Source: Basidiobolus meristosporus CBS 931.73 (Eukaryota; Fungi; Basidiobolomycota). Taken from it: 64,000 bases of DNA. The notes under the pieces were generated by a model that saw only the letters and a list, made by a program, of their open reading frames with translations, made no database searches and had not been told where the DNA came from. Position 1 is the stretch's first letter, and every line of letters starts with the position of its first letter. Below are positions 11,475 to 25,722 of this stretch, piece by piece. The translations under genes and the position numbers were made by a program. The stretch covers positions 62,001-126,000 of the forward strand of contig MCFE01000083.1 in NCBI GenBank assembly GCA_002104905.1, in the 5' to 3' direction.

Positions 11475-14379
11475 ATTATGTGGTTTTCACTTAATGATTT
11501 ATTGAATGTAAAAGTAGTATTTATACTTTTACCTGGTCTTGGCATTACAAACACGTAGAATAGGTTAAGGAAGGTCCCAAGAACATGTGTGCAAAGTTTG
11601 GGGCTGTTTGGACAACTTTGAGAATTTTCATGTTCTGGGTACCTGGTATTTTGGTGAAAATATACTAAGTAAATCCCTACAAGGAATTTGGTCAGTATTC
11701 TCTAGGATTTGAAGGTGATGATCTAAGTGACTAAGTTAGGTGAATGTTTAGGTGGAAATTCAAATTTTTACAACATAAAGACCCCTTTAGAGACTTCTAC
11801 AACACACCCCTTTAGGTTAAAGGGGAGCTCAGAATTTCCATATTAGGAAATATTTTCTCAGAAAGGAAAGTGACTTCCAAATAAGGAAAAGTCACTATAA
11901 AAGTAAATAAGCCCATTAGTCAACAGAAGGTCAGAACACTGCTGTAGAAGTGATAAGCACTGCCTACAGTATATTTTGAGCCTAAGATTGAGGAAATTAG
12001 TGAAAGTCATATCTTCTATTGATATATCAAACTCCCAATAAACTATTTCAGTATTAGCATACTGGAAGTTGTTGTGTATTATTGATTAGCCTCTGCATTG
12101 TAGAACAAGCCCCAAACTAATTGTAATACAACACAACAGATGTATTTGCATTAAACAAGTATTCTACTAGCAAATACTGCTGGCTACTGAATTTCATCAA
12201 CCTGAATCTGCTGCCTATCTTACAGTATCAGAGCAGAATTCTGATGGTAGTCTCACTTAGATCTGAGCTTATATTGTCTTGCAACTTGGATAGCTACTTA
12301 TATCTATTACTGATAATTTGTTTATGCTTTCTTATGGGATACTAATAAGTGGCCATCACATCAAAGTGCAAATTATTATTTGCATTGGAGATACCCCACC
12401 CATCAGCAAGATTGTTGGCTTTCCTGGGCAAAATGAACAGTAGTACCATCAAATGTGTGAGATTCTGGGGATTTACTCCATATATCACACATGCAATTAT
12501 CCAGACCATAACATTAAGAATGTCATCTTCTCACAGAGAAAATGTACAGAAGGCAGCATTCAATTGCAGCAAAGTGGTAGCTCAAAGCCATTGGCCAGAA
12601 TATGAAATTAGTTTATGCCAGAAATGCTTAAGATAGGACACTGTTGTTGGAGCAAAAGCTTTCCATTGAGTGCAACGCATTTGCTTTCAATAACACCCCT
12701 ATTCTAGAAACCAAGTTTACAGCTGGTATTCCAAGCTAAATGAGCCCTTCAGGATACTGGAGATATTTGAAATAATTGGCTAGATATTATAGAGTACCCT
12801 CTACCATAAGTACTCTGCATGGGCTCCAATCAATATTCATATGCATATGCAACAATACAAATACTAGGACTGGATGAGCTGGATATTTATTTATTCCAGG
12901 GCCCTTTCAAAGCCTTTTTTACCAAGAGTACAATGGAAGCATTAGGAGTTATATGTTGCCATTGTTGGAATTTATCTAGAAGTAGATCACCAATCTTAGC
13001 TTGACACATTTACAGCTTTTATGCAAAGAGTTTGTGACAGGATATGAGCAGCTATATTACAAACATAAAGCTGAACATGTAAATCTCTGCTGCTACTGTA
13101 TCCATTCTCTACTCCATCTTGCTTGGTATAGAGAAAAATGGAGCTTGCTTTAACTTTTGGGAGTTTCCAATGGACAGGACGTGTGGGGAGATGAAAAGAC
13201 AAGTCAAGTTGTAGGTACTGTCATATCCCAATCTCTTCAATAATATTACCTTCAAGTCCATCATGTATGTGTTGTGTTGGCACAACAAGAACAGCCAGGA
13301 AGAGTTGGAAAGTACTTGGTGCAGAGGTGCACATGGAGACACCTATACCTTTGGCTTTGAGAAGCCAAGTTGTCCCAATGTGTGGGTGTTCAGTCAAGTA
13401 ATACAAAGCTGGGTTGGGCATGACAATCATCTAATTTCTAATAGGACAACTTTATCAAGGTATGCCAGTTTTCTCTTGATCACAGGCCTGTTTCTATACC
13501 ATTCAACATGCAATACATACAAACAAGAGTCAGGGCACACTTGTAAAGAGTACTTGAATTTAGTAGGGGGAAGTAAAGTATTTGCTAAATACCAAAAGGT
13601 TGTTTGTGAATATTCAGGGGGTAGTTTTGGCTAAAGTGGTGGCAGCCAGCATATGTTTGCAAGATATATATGCTACCAGCAATATACAATGAATGGAACT
13701 TTGCAAGTATTAAACTAAGCAGCCGTAAAGTTGAGGCAATAGAAGTGTGTAAATTGTAGCAGGTATAAGTGTTTGTAGAGGTTAAAGAGCAGGAGGCCCA
13801 GTCTTTTCTTGATTTGAGCATTGTGTGAAATACCCAAGGTAGTAGTGGTAAGCATATAAAGAGGGTTGATTCAATAGTGGAAAAATGAAACATGCAAGTG
13901 GAGGTAGAAAAAGGAAATGCCATTTGTTAAATTGGTACAGTAGTGTTGTACAGAGTTAGCTGTATGCTGCTGTACTGCTGTTAAAATGACATCATAGGCT
14001 TGCAATGAGGCCATAAAAATACTTCCAGTCTCTTGTCTTATAAGGTAACTGGATGTATTGGCTAGTTAGATCCACCCAAGCAAATGAAGAATGTGTGACA
14101 TCTTTTACAATGCCATGCAACCCTTGTCAAAAGATTGCTTAAACACTGTCAATTTCTAAGTTTAATTGGGCATTAGAAATAGCTAAATACTAATACAACC
14201 CTGTCATAAGATTGCATAGAGAGGTATTTTTCCCATACTGCTGGCACTTTAATGGCCTCCTGCAGGATTCTGACAGCTGATCAGGATTGAATCTACCCAC
14301 TATAGTGAGGTCATAGTGACACTCACAGACACATGTGGCCATTCTCTTGTTTTCTGCTCCTCTTTTTTCAGCTATGCTA

Positions 14380-16640
14380 TCAAGTGCAACTTTGGATTGA
14401 AGGTTAACCTGAATCATAGTAAAGTCAACAAATAACTGGGAACCTGGCTCTTCCAAATTGAAGAGCATTTATGGCTATTGGAATTCCCCAGATAAGAAGT
14501 GGTATTAAGCTGCTTCTTATTTGGCATATACATGTTTACAGTGGTATCACAACAAGATCAATTTAGCCACCATTATGGTATGCTCCACTCTCTCTACCTG
14601 GGATGAGCCTGTGTTGGAAATTTAGGATGCTTTTGAGTGTCCACACAAGCAGACATTACTAAGGAAGATGCTGAAGACAATTGGACAAAACCAATGGTGC
14701 AAGAACACATCTTTGGATATAGATATCTACTTGGACAGACTGGAAGAATGGACACCCTTGATCAAGTCAAATACCTTATTGATGGGTTGAACAAAAGTAC
14801 TTGCAAGGAAGTGAGTTGCTAAAGACCCTCAACTAATGAGGAAGCCACTGAGATTGCCATTGGCCTTGACTCAGCAAGATTTGGAGTTGTAAAGCACTAA
14901 GCAACTAATCACAAAGACTACAATCACTATAAAAGAGCACAATCTGAATCAGTGCCAATGCAAATAGATGATATGCAGAAGAATCCCAGCTCAGAAGATT
15001 GTAAGAAAGAGGACTTTGTTTCAATTTTCACAAGTTTGGGCACATCTCAAAATACCGCCCTTGGAGAAGAAATGTACACCAGTAAACAGAAATCTTAAGA
15101 CATATTGAAGCCTAATTACATAGAGATATGTAATATGAGCTTGAAGAAGACCCAGAACTCATCTTTCATTTGAGTGAGTAATCCTTATCCCAAATGACCT
15201 CAAATTTGTGAAAGCTATTATACTTGAGCAGAGTAATCAATGGAGTGCCGGTCAAGATCCTGATAGACTCATGAGCATCCCACAAGAACTTGTCAGAGTA
15301 ATTTGCCTTGAAAACTGAAAGCAGCTCAGAACCTACCAAATTAGCATCAGTTTCAGCAACTGATAGGATTTCTCACATAATCAACCATTGTGGTAGAGTA
15401 ATCATATCTCCCACAGACAAGTTTGTCCATATAGGTATTATGATGCATGTGTTAATATTTATGTTATCAGTTTTATCCCATTTTTGTTGCCCAAATTATA
15501 AGTATTACCACATATGATGTTTACCCTGAATAGTTATCAACATTAATGTTATTCAGCTTTGTGACCACCAGATGTATCTACAGTAGGCAAGTACTCACAT
15601 CAGTACCCATGAAACATGACCCAGGACTTTTTTACCACTCCTACTACTTTAATACCCAATATGGTAACTCTTTGTTACTGAGGCTTCACACTACAGATCC
15701 CTGATTGGGAGGATATACTGTGGCTTTTAGAACCTTAAGGGCATTCTTAAAGTATTATTAGCTTATAGTGATGTCATCAAGAATGCTATTGATGCCTGAA
15801 ATCTTCTAAAACCTGGTTATTAGTAATCACTTGGCAATCAGGAAAAGTACATATGGGAGGTTGGTCCCTGATCAATAAATCATCCATTCTTTCAGTAGCA
15901 CTTTCCACTTATAGATTAGCAGTTGAGCACTGCACCTACCTTCAACAGTTACAGCTCAAACATTCCATCAAGGAGCTCCTCAGGGTGATGCACATGGCAC
16001 AAAAAGGCCTTTGGAGACACTTGGAGCACCTATGAAGCTTGAGAAAAAGGACCTTTTATCAAAGTGCTATAGTGATGGAGACACCAGCAGCTTAGACCCA
16101 GAGGTTATTGCACCCATTAGACATCACACATGCCTTGCACTGGGTAGCTTCTCCCAAGAGTACTTCTACACAACCACACTGCATTACTCAGCCAGTGTGA
16201 ATGAAGATTAATGACAATGAGGATCTATAGCCCTAGATTTTTGGAAACTGCAATTTGACCTGGTACTTGAAAGAACATGGCAATTCAGCTTTAATTCATC
16301 AATAAACTGGAGAACCCATGCCACTCAAATTCAAAAGGCAACCTGATCTATGAGCTGCTACCTGCCAGACTGGATTTCAGCCTGGTCAATACCAGTGTGT
16401 TTGACACAAGTGAGCTTAGCAAGACATAGTTCTTTGTAGCACTTAGAAGAGGTACCCAGATGCTTCTCATAGCAGTATTACAGGATGATTCCTCTATACC
16501 AGTTCCCCAGAAAGTCCAGACTCTTCTAAAGGAACATTTAAATGTGGTCCCAGATGAACTTGTGTGCCTATCACCAGTCAGAAAATTGGATCATGGCAAT
16601 GACAATGGAGGTAGCCCCCCAGTGAGTAAGACACCTTACA
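14380..16640 (+). mobile_element. Old Ty3/gypsy gag-protease-RT-start relic
   Basis: Decayed gag (WLFQIEEH, VKYLIDGL, PMQID), protease end (FDLVLERTW) and RT start (PPVSKTPY). It is interrupted by a solo LTR at 15389-16178. Confidence 0.65.
15389..16178 (+). repeat. Solo LTR subfamily B2, reversed relative to 26895-27698
   Basis: Reverse complement of 26895-27698 with ends TGTGGTAGAG..ACAACCACA. The 4-bp flanks are CCAT (15385-88) and CTGC (16179-82). Confidence 0.85.
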
Positions 16641-17118
16641 TAGTTTCTCATTGGCTAAGTGATTACATATCATGGTGATCCACAAGGTTCTGAAGATTGA
16701 TAAACATCTTAATGACATCAGAATGAGCTAAGAGTGTACTTAGTAGGTGCTGGCAGGTTCTAAGAGGCATAACACATCTGACCAGTTAAGAATCAATACT
16801 CTGAAACTTGTGTAACATAGGGATACCATATATGGTATAGGAAAGGTAGGGATGGTGACACAGTTTGACCATGTTTTACAGGTGCTGGCATGGGTACTTG
16901 CGTAATATAGAAGCACTTACAGCTAGTAATCTTACATAAAGTGATGGATAATTTATGCAATAAGGTAAGCAGGTGTGATAGTCAGCCAGCTTATGAGATA
17001 GCACTGATCAAGTAAAACAAATGGGATAAAACTAAAACAAGTGTAGTTGAGAATTAGGGAAGTAGAAAATATGGGAAGGAGCACATCTGTCAATGAGTGT
17101 CACTATGACCGCACTACA
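16640..17118 (-). repeat. Partial LTR family B
   Basis: Aligns with ~6765-7247 and ends GCACTACA at 17118. The left part is deleted. Confidence 0.85.
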
Positions 17119-20030
17119 CTGTGACTATGAGGGACTGATCCTGTCCAGACACCATTCAGAGACTGTTGAAAAATAATTGCACCCCAGATTTTATAACAAA
17201 CTTAATCAAAACTTTTCATTACAACAATGTATAAATGGCTTTAGATTGGTTCCCTGCCAATTTGTTTACTTTCTGATCCCAGACACTCTATCACTTCCTA
17301 CATTTGTGTGCATTGATTGGCTTTTGCCTCTTTTTCACACTCCTTCCTTCCTGACACAACCATTTCTCTTATTTTTCATGCATACAAATTGGTTTATTTC
17401 TGTTGAAACTTCAGTTGTAGCTCAATTGCCAATTGTACTGATCAATACAAGTCCCTATACCCAACACTAAATTTAAGCCCAACCCCACACTCAACAAGTA
17501 GCTCTATTAGAATTGACCACTCAATAAGTATTTCTGCTGTAATGCTCTGGTTCCACAACTTTGGCAGAAACTCAATGGCTTTATGCCACAGTTCATTCAC
17601 TGGTTCCCACATCTCCTGGTCTTCAGCCAGCATTGCAAGGCCTAGCTCCTCATATGCCAGTCTTTGAAATAAATCCTTGCAATATTCAAGTGCATTTTTT
17701 TGAGCACTACTCTGGAAGAAGTGCTGCAACCTGTTGGTGTGCCTATTAGTGTTCCAAAATTTCACTGAAGGCATTGTGATAGTCTTTCAATCTCTTGATG
17801 TTGTAGCCTTGTCTGTCAGTGGGATCTTCATTCTGTCAACAATGGAGGATGTGGAGGCTGCAGTAGATGAATTGTCTTTTTCTGCAAATTCATTTACCTT
17901 GCCTGAGTGTAGTTCAACTGGCTGTGCTTCCAACTCTTGTGAAAACAGCTGTTTTCTTGTTGGTAATTCTTCTTGGCTATGATGAGACTCAGTCTGTTCA
18001 GGGCTTGCAGTGTTAATTGGCATGAAGTGCAGTTTTTTTTGTATGCCTCCCTGTCTAAGGCTTGGGTAGACCTTTTTCTTTATCACTGCTAGGTCTTTCA
18101 CTGATACTTTGTATGAGTGTTTCTTGTAATGAACTATGCTTTTTCCCTAACAAATTCTGCTCTAATGCATCTGTTTCAGCCTGCTTGTTGCTTGCTGGCA
18201 CTCTCCTGGCAACCTGACGTTGCTTTTTTGTTTGTTTCAAGGTCTCAACCATAGTTGGGGTGGGCTCCTGTCAAAGCCACTGGTTTCTATCACTGCCAGG
18301 TCCTTCACTTCTACTTTGACTGAGTGCTTTTTGAGTGGTACTACACTTTTTTCTTGATAAATGTTGTGCGGTTGCATCTGTGTCTGCTTGCCTGTCCCTG
18401 ACTGGTACTCTTCCAGCTACCTGACATCTCTTTGATGCTTGTCTGGAGCTTTTAGCCCTGCTTGTAACAGGCTCTTGAGGAAGCTGCTGGTTTTTTGCCA
18501 TGGCACCCTTGTTTGTCTGCCCTTTATAGTTTATGTTGTTCTTAAGATACTTTCTTAGAATACCAATGCTAGCCCAAAATCCATTTGCCCATTTGAATCC
18601 AGGATAATACTCATGGAACAAGTCAAGTGCATTCTGTTAGTCTGGAGTTCCTGATGGTCCCATGATATGCCAGCCTTAAGGTGATAGCATGCTAGACGTC
18701 TGACAGCCTTTTGAATATTAGCCCACTCTACATTATTGCACTCAATTGCTTCACGGATATTCAATGTCTTTTGATTTTTGGGCTTTGGTATAAACACCAC
18801 ATTGTCTCCCTCCCACGCTGTGATAGGTTATCTGTGGGCTTTATCTTTGGGCACTGTTATTGTGCTTCAAAGACTGTAGAGTGTTCCTCTGCTGGTACAT
18901 TGGGAAACTGCTCAATTCTTGGCTGTGACATTAAGCTACTTAAGTTCTTTCTTTGCAGCAAAGATACTGCTTTCCCTACCTGGGATATAAATTGCTCTAC
19001 ACCTTTTATCTGCTCATCCTGTTTCTAGACTATATTTGATTTCTCTGGGTCATGACATCTATCCTATTAGCCACTGTGCCCAATTGCTTCATCAATACGT
19101 TGATATGGGCTGAAAATATACTTGCTAATGTGGGTGGTGGTGATGTTTTAATGGCCACTTGCTAGTCTTCCACAGAGGGTACTGCGTTTACTACATTCTC
19201 ATCTGCCTGAGCATAGCAGTCAGCTTGTGGCTCCACAGGGGTTCTTATTTGGCTACTTGACTGAGAGCCTGAGGAGTCTGAATTATTACCTTCAGTGGGC
19301 AAATTGCTAACATGGCCATTTTTGGATGTAGCCCTGCTTTTTGCACTGAATGTCAAAGCAAGCTGTTGTCCAACCATTCTACTGTTGCCAGCAGTGATGG
19401 AGTTTGGCTGGGAATCAGACAAATTTGCTTTATTGCTTAGTTGCATATATATATGGAGGAGAATCAAACCAAAGGGGAAATAGTGTTACATGTACATGTG
19501 TATGTGATGCCACAAACTTACTTATAATACTTACTATGGTAGGTCATCATTGAATCTTGCATTCATGTAAGTGCAATGTCTCAAATACAGACTCTCTGAA
19601 ACTCTCTTGAATATTGACCAAAAAGTGATATAATAGTGTTACGCTGTTGAAGGTCAAGCTGTTTGCCCCATGGACAAGACTACTTTGACTCAACACCAAA
19701 AGAGAAGAGAAAAAAGACTATGTGGCTATTGTAGCAAGCCCCTCAGCCATGACGCATGCAGACAGCATAGGAAATATTGCAAGTATCATGGCCGGTGTTT
19801 TGCCACACAAGTCATATTTGATCATTCATTGGTCATTACTGGACCAACATTATCTTACTGGGCATTTGATACTTCTATATTGGCACTGGCCATCTATGTC
19901 ACCTTGTGCAAACTTAGTCAGGTGAGTTTGTAATACCTTTAGGCTCACCTCAGCCTTCTGAATATGGCATTCAGAGTGATAGCTCTGACAAAGGAGGTTC
20001 ACTGATGGATTATAAGCCCATCTCCTCTAA
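17119..20030. mobile_element. Family U (CACTA-like) copy 2
   Basis: Colinear homology with ~1400-4330, including both divergent ORF relics. It is truncated before the CxNSC transposase motif. Confidence 0.6.
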
Positions 20031-20109
20031 CAGCTGTACCACATATGAGCCTGGTCAAATAACCCTAAGTCACCATCCAACCTGGATGGCTACCTGTAAG
20101 TTTCTTGTC

Positions 20110-20740
20110 ATATAAGGTTATTGGATTTCCTGGTCAACTGGATCCACTTTGAAACTGAACTCAGCAGAACAAATCTATACAGTGCATGAGAAAGAGATAT
20201 TTGCTATAATACACTGCTTAAAGACATGGAGATGCTACATTGCAGATGTCAGGTACACTTTGAAGACTGTTCATACCTCACTCAAGTATATATTCCCTTG
20301 AAAGGTACTATCCTTAAGATGGACAAGATGGAGAGAATACACTCAGCAATTTGACTTAGAGATTGACTACTGCCCTGGTCAAAGTAACACAGTTACTGAC
20401 AATTTATCAAGATTAGAATAGGTTGCACAACTCAACCTGGTGAGCAAATCAGATTAGCTCAGCCTATTACCCAAGTACTTGGAAGATCAAGCTGCTTCTT
20501 GTGAGTTAGATGATGATATCCAGAAGATTATCTGGGATGAAGTCAGTAAATTTGTAGTATTGGATGAAACACTCTACCAGATTGTTAATGGAAGCCCTAT
20601 TGCCTAATGCACCTATGTTGCTTTTCTGTATTTATTGCATAAGCTACATAATAGCTGTGGACATCCAGGAATTGCAGGAACCTATAGCCTTGTAAACAAT
20701 AGTACATGGTGGCCCAGAGTTAAACAAGATATTAAGAGAC
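20110..20740 (+). pseudogene. Ty3/gypsy RNase H / integrase zinc-binding relic
   Basis: YTVHEKEIFAIIHCLKTWRCY and HNSCGHPGIAGTYSLV..TWWPRVKQDI. Related to the relic at ~33800-34200 on the minus strand. Confidence 0.75.
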
Positions 20741-20744
20741 TGCC

Positions 20745-23350
20745 ACCAAAATCAAGGAGCATATCCCATACTGGTGGTACTCCCAACCAAGATGAACTGT
20801 CCCAATCTAGAATTGTTAGAGTTTTCTTTCATGTCTGGCTGTTTTAGGTATATTTCTCTTTCATTAGTAGTCATTGCATCATTAGGCAGCTGGTCAATGG
20901 GTTCAATGGCATTCAGATCTGAATTTTCCACAAATAAAACATCCCTGCTCCTCATTAGCTTCTAAACTTGCCTTTATACCTTAGACTTGTTCCATTGTGC
21001 CATTGATTGTAGCACCAGAGAGTGCTGTATATTTTGTTATTAATTTGATATTCTAGGGTCATATGCATGTTAATTTTGATCCCAAATTGGCACTGTATGG
21101 CACCATCTGGCACTCTCAGGCATGATCAGGCACCATCTGGCATGCTATGGCACTATTGGGCACTATGATCAGCTGGAATGATGGAACAAGTCTATTCTAT
21201 ACCCTTTAGCTTGTTTACAATGTTCAAGTAAGATCCTTTGCTGCTTTTTGGTTCCAACTTTGCGCATATTTTGCCAAACTGCAATAGATAAAGTCCCTGC
21301 AATAATTTTTGAAGTGCCTAAGCTTTATTCTTTTGCTTATATATACCTTAAGGGTTTTGAACTTAGAAGTGCAGCTATTGGATATCTATTCCTGATGTTT
21401 ATTAGGGTAGTAACATATTCTGCCCAAGAGATGTTACAATTCTGTTATAATAGAGCACACATTTTCCTATCTCTACTATTGATTTATTGGCATGTTATAC
21501 CACTCCATTGTGCTGTGAAGTATGTGGAGCAGTAGCAGGCACAACACAAATTGATTTCTCACTAATTGGCTGATTTTCTGTTCCCCAATGTGCTCAAGCC
21601 TCCTGTGCCTTATCTCTCACTCAGTTCTACCAGTTTCAGCAATATTTACATGTCAAGGTAAAATGATCTTGCATTATAACTTGTATATACTTTGATCTCT
21701 GATTCCCAATGCTACTTTGCACCCATCTTCACTCAATATTGAGCAGGCCAGTTAAGTAAAAGCAAGTCTCAGTCCCTAAGTAATTACTTTACTCACTGAA
21801 GGCTGGTTTTTAGCTGTCTGGGCACATTTAGTACATCAGTCAGTATTGTTTCATTTACCCCTACACTATTATTCATATTTAATTCAATAGACCTGCTAAC
21901 AGCAGCTAACAGTGTTTAGTTGTTTCCCAGATAAGCCTTTCTTACAGGAATAGTCTCTAAGTAGCTGAGCCACTCCCTTATACCACAAGTATGCTGCACT
22001 ATTCCAGAGTCAACATACCATTCAATATTATGGTTATTTGCACTCTCTTATACTGTTGCAACTGACTATTCATCTGTAGCTACAAGGTTTGCCTGCTCCA
22101 GTTTCTGATCTCTGTCCACTTGTTTCTTCTTGCATTCTGTTGCTCTGCATTCTGGCGTCTTACAGTAGCTACAGCAACAAAGTTTTCTTTGATTCTGTGG
22201 CTTTTCCTTCTTATCTGTGTGCCTTTCTGAGCAGAATAAAGCATAATCTTCCATTGTCTCTGCTTGATCAGTACATCCAAGTTCCTCATGTATATATTTT
22301 TCTCTAATATATTGCTGAGTCAGATTGTCTTCTCTGCTTTGAAAAAAAATTATCAGTACTCATAATTGTCTGGTAAGCTGCAAAGTAGACAGAATCTCTT
22401 TTCTTCATCATCTTTACCAGAATTTGCCACTCTTAAGTTCTTCTCCAAGTGATTCCATTCTGGCAAAGTGTTGTAGCATGTCATTGTATGGCTTCTTCCT
22501 CAGGTTAAAGAGCTTAGTTTTTGAATAAAGCTTGCTTGATACGGAGGGGATATTCTCAAAGGACTCCCAAGATGATTTGGCAGTAATAGAAGAATGAGTT
22601 TAATAAATGAAGTAATCTTGCATATTGATATACATATATAATACACCAAAGGCTTCCCTCTCCTTTTCTTGAAGCTCCTCAACTTACACTGCTATTTCTT
22701 TGGGCCCAGCTTCCTTTCCCATTACTATATTCCCAAGCTTTCTTTCCTTGAGGTGGACTTGCACCTTGATTCTCCAAAGTTTCTTGTTCTTCTTTGATAA
22801 TCTCTCCTTTACAGGGAAGATGTTTTGTTGTTCAGTAGGTGGTAGCAATCATCTTTTGACTAGATCAACTCAATCAGGGCTCATAACCAGTTGCAATTCC
22901 AAGATGAGCTTTGAATATAAAGAACTTATCAAGAAATAGTAAAAATAGTTAAACTGGACTTATTCATAAAGAAGCTCAGTATTTGAGCCACTATAGTGGT
23001 AATACAACTGTAACACTAAGTTAGGAAAGTTTCCTAAATGTTAGGAGCATTCTGCAACAGTTTGAAGAGTTATATATAAAGCATGACAAACATGCTAATT
23101 TGATCCTGACTATATAGGAATAATCATAAGATCATATATTGGAGTTGAGGTGGCTAAGTTAGGGCTGTAAGTGAGTCCTAGAGTGAAAACAATTAGTCCA
23201 GAATTGCTTAGTAAGCTCATAGCTGCTGTATGATACCAAGTGGTCCTATAATTAACAAATATAGGCTTAAGACCTAGTGCTCCTTAGTACAGTCTACAGC
23301 TGAGTTGCAATGGGTGGTTTAATAAAAGTAACTCAATATGTATGCATGAA
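20745..23350 (-). mobile_element. Old Ty1/copia relic of a second family (D)
   Basis: PBS GGTTATGAGCCC at 22877-22888 (minus), gag knuckle relic CSYCKTPECRATEC, WHRRL motif at ~21600 and RSRDVLFVE at ~20950. LTR-like sequence at ~22890-23350 recurs reversed at ~24590-24960 and ~25990-26340. Confidence 0.6.
20983..21193. mobile_element. 211-bp MITE, second copy
   Basis: 209/211 identical to 11264-11474 with the same TIRs. Flanks are CTT / ATT (one mismatch). Confidence 0.95.
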
Positions 23351-25418
23351 AAGTAAGAGGACTGGTTGAGTCAGGAAGTACACATTGTACAAAAGAGGCA
23401 ATTTTCAATCAATATATACCAGTGTGGGAGATTATTGCCCCATTGAAAGTAAGAAAAATGAGGCAAATCAATTAAAAATCAATGTGGGGACCAACGTGCT
23501 GAGATACTTGGCATTGTTTTTTTGTCAAATCTAGGTGCAATTATATTCAACAGCTTTGTACAATATCCTAGTGGCATATGCACCTCTTAGTTATGAGATC
23601 TAAATTGGCAACAGTGCACTGATGGGCTTCTTTTATTTTTTATATGTACTCTAATACACCTAACAGTGCTTTGCCAGTATTTGTGTTGGGTTTGCATTGT
23701 ATTGTGGCAGTTTTGCAGCTATTTCTTTATACTTACAAAAGGCTAACTGGCCTATAGTTTCAGTGGCAGATATTGCAAAAAAGGCATTATTTTGATGGAC
23801 TTTTTGTGGCACTCTATTGGCACTATCATGGCAGTATGCTGCCAACTGCTAGTTTGGTACAATAGCAACATACCAGCTTACTAAGTGATACTTCATTTCC
23901 TTACCTCCTGTGGTACCACTTATATATTGAACTTTGGATTCACACCTCTTCATTTGCATAAATTCCTCAACCATAGGTATTTCATATTTGGTTGAGATCC
24001 TGGCCACCTGCAAACTATCCCCTTCATATGTTGAAATGTGCTGTAACTAACATTCCCTGCCACTTCCACATCACAGCTTTCTGGCACAACACTTGCAAAG
24101 TGGCCATTTGCCCTCTATTGCAAGCCATATATCCCCTTGCAAAGAAGCATTTCTGACCACCATATGTGCAATGAATACATTTCTAACATCTACAAAATAC
24201 ATTTGGTACTTATTCATTGCAATTCTATTCCCTAGTGGATTTCAGTCCTTCTTGTAGGTCTGCTCCAGTACATTTCCTGTGTGTTCTTTGTTGAAAGTTG
24301 CAGAGAGTGGTTTGTACCCAAAAAGTACCTAACACAATTGGGTAAAGTAGTCAGGCAGTAATCAATTGCTAGTACATCTATCTAAGCCTTACCTTGCACA
24401 GCTGCTTACCTATTCATTGAAGCTACTCACCTTCTGAATGTTGCTACTATGAAAGTGTTTTGGATGTAAAAAACCTATCAAGATATACTGATAATAGTTT
24501 AGCTACTGTTAATTCATAAGGAAGCTCAGCATTTTACCCTTTTGGAACTAATACAAATGTAACACTGAGTTAGAGATGTTTCTGTTGAAATATTGGACTA
24601 TTTGGTATCATTCTGCAGCTAAAATCTTACTTAACAATTCTGGACTAGTTGTGGTCACTGTGGGACTAGCCTACAGCTCTAACTTTACCACTTTCTTCAG
24701 GTCTATGATCTAATGATTATTCCCCTATAGTCAGGATCAAATTAGCACTAATATTGACTATCATGTACTAACCCTGAAACTGTTACAGAATGCTCTTGAA
24801 TATTGAGAAACCCTCCTTACTTAGTGTTACAGCAGTATTACTTATACAAAGGTACAAATACTGGGCTTCTTTACTAATAAACAATTGCTCAACCATTATC
24901 ATTATTTCTGGATAAGTTCCTTATATCCAAATCACTTCTTAAATTGCAACAGTTTCCCAATATTCAGGAGTAAGCTCTGACAGCTTCAGGGTTGATAGAA
25001 AATGTGGGGTGAAAATGCTAATTTGATGTTGACTATTGTGGATTAGATAATGGATTATTCAGCTGTAAGAATGCAATAAAGTTTGGGCTGTAGATGAGTC
25101 TTACAGTGACAAAGACTAGTCTACAATTGTTAAGTAGATCTTGGCTGCTGAATGATACCAATCAGTTGAGTATTCCAACACCTCCCCCAACTAAAACACT
25201 TCTTAGTCCTACTCTCTCTCTGAGATTCTGCAATGCTGGCAGATATAGTGTTTTGTCTCTGCAACTGCTTTCAATTTGTCTGTTGGGCAGTCAACTGACT
25301 ATCAGATTATTTTCTTCAGCTTCCCTCATGAGGTATTGTTGTGAACTCATGTGCCTAGTTCTAGCATGATATGTAGGACTTCTAGCTATTGAAAGACAAC
25401 TTTGATTATCCTTGTCAA

Positions 25419-25722
25419 TGTTGTAAGAGTCTTGGACATAATGATTTATTGTTTGTAATAGTAGTATTTACACTTCTACATGATCTTGGATATACAAACA
25501 CACAGAATAGGTCAAGGAAGGTCCCAAGAACATGTGTGCAAAGTCTGGGGCTGTTTTAATAACTTTGAGAATTCTCAAGCTCTGGATACCTGGTATTTTG
25601 GTGGGAAAAATTCTAAGTAAATCCCAACAAGAAATTTGGTCAGTATTCTCTAGTATTTGAAGGTAATGATCTCAGTGACTAAGTTAGGTGAATATTTGGT
25701 GGAATTACAAATCTTTACAACA
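25419..25722 (-). repeat. Solo LTR of copia family A (small internal deletion)
   Basis: TGTTGTAAGAGTCTTGG..TTTACAACA. Flanks are GTCAA / GTAAA (5 bp, one mismatch). Confidence 0.88.

Larger units (their letters stand above)
5799..11775 (-). mobile_element. Full-length defective Ty1/copia retrotransposon (family A, copy A1)
   Basis: LTRs 5799-6147 and 11213-11775 (349 bp without the MITE) have TGTTGTAA..TTACAACA ends. TSD is TAAAG (5794-98 / 11776-80). PBS GGTTATGAGCCC lies at 11201-11212, and a TGAGTGGGAG purine tract precedes the 3' LTR. Domain order is gag-PR-INT-RT-RH. Confidence 0.97.

Noticed and set aside
11830-14380. Degenerate region with local similarity to ~55300-55420, possibly a KDZ/CxC-type transposon
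   Set aside because: The similarity is short, and no diagnostic motif could be reconstructed with confidence.
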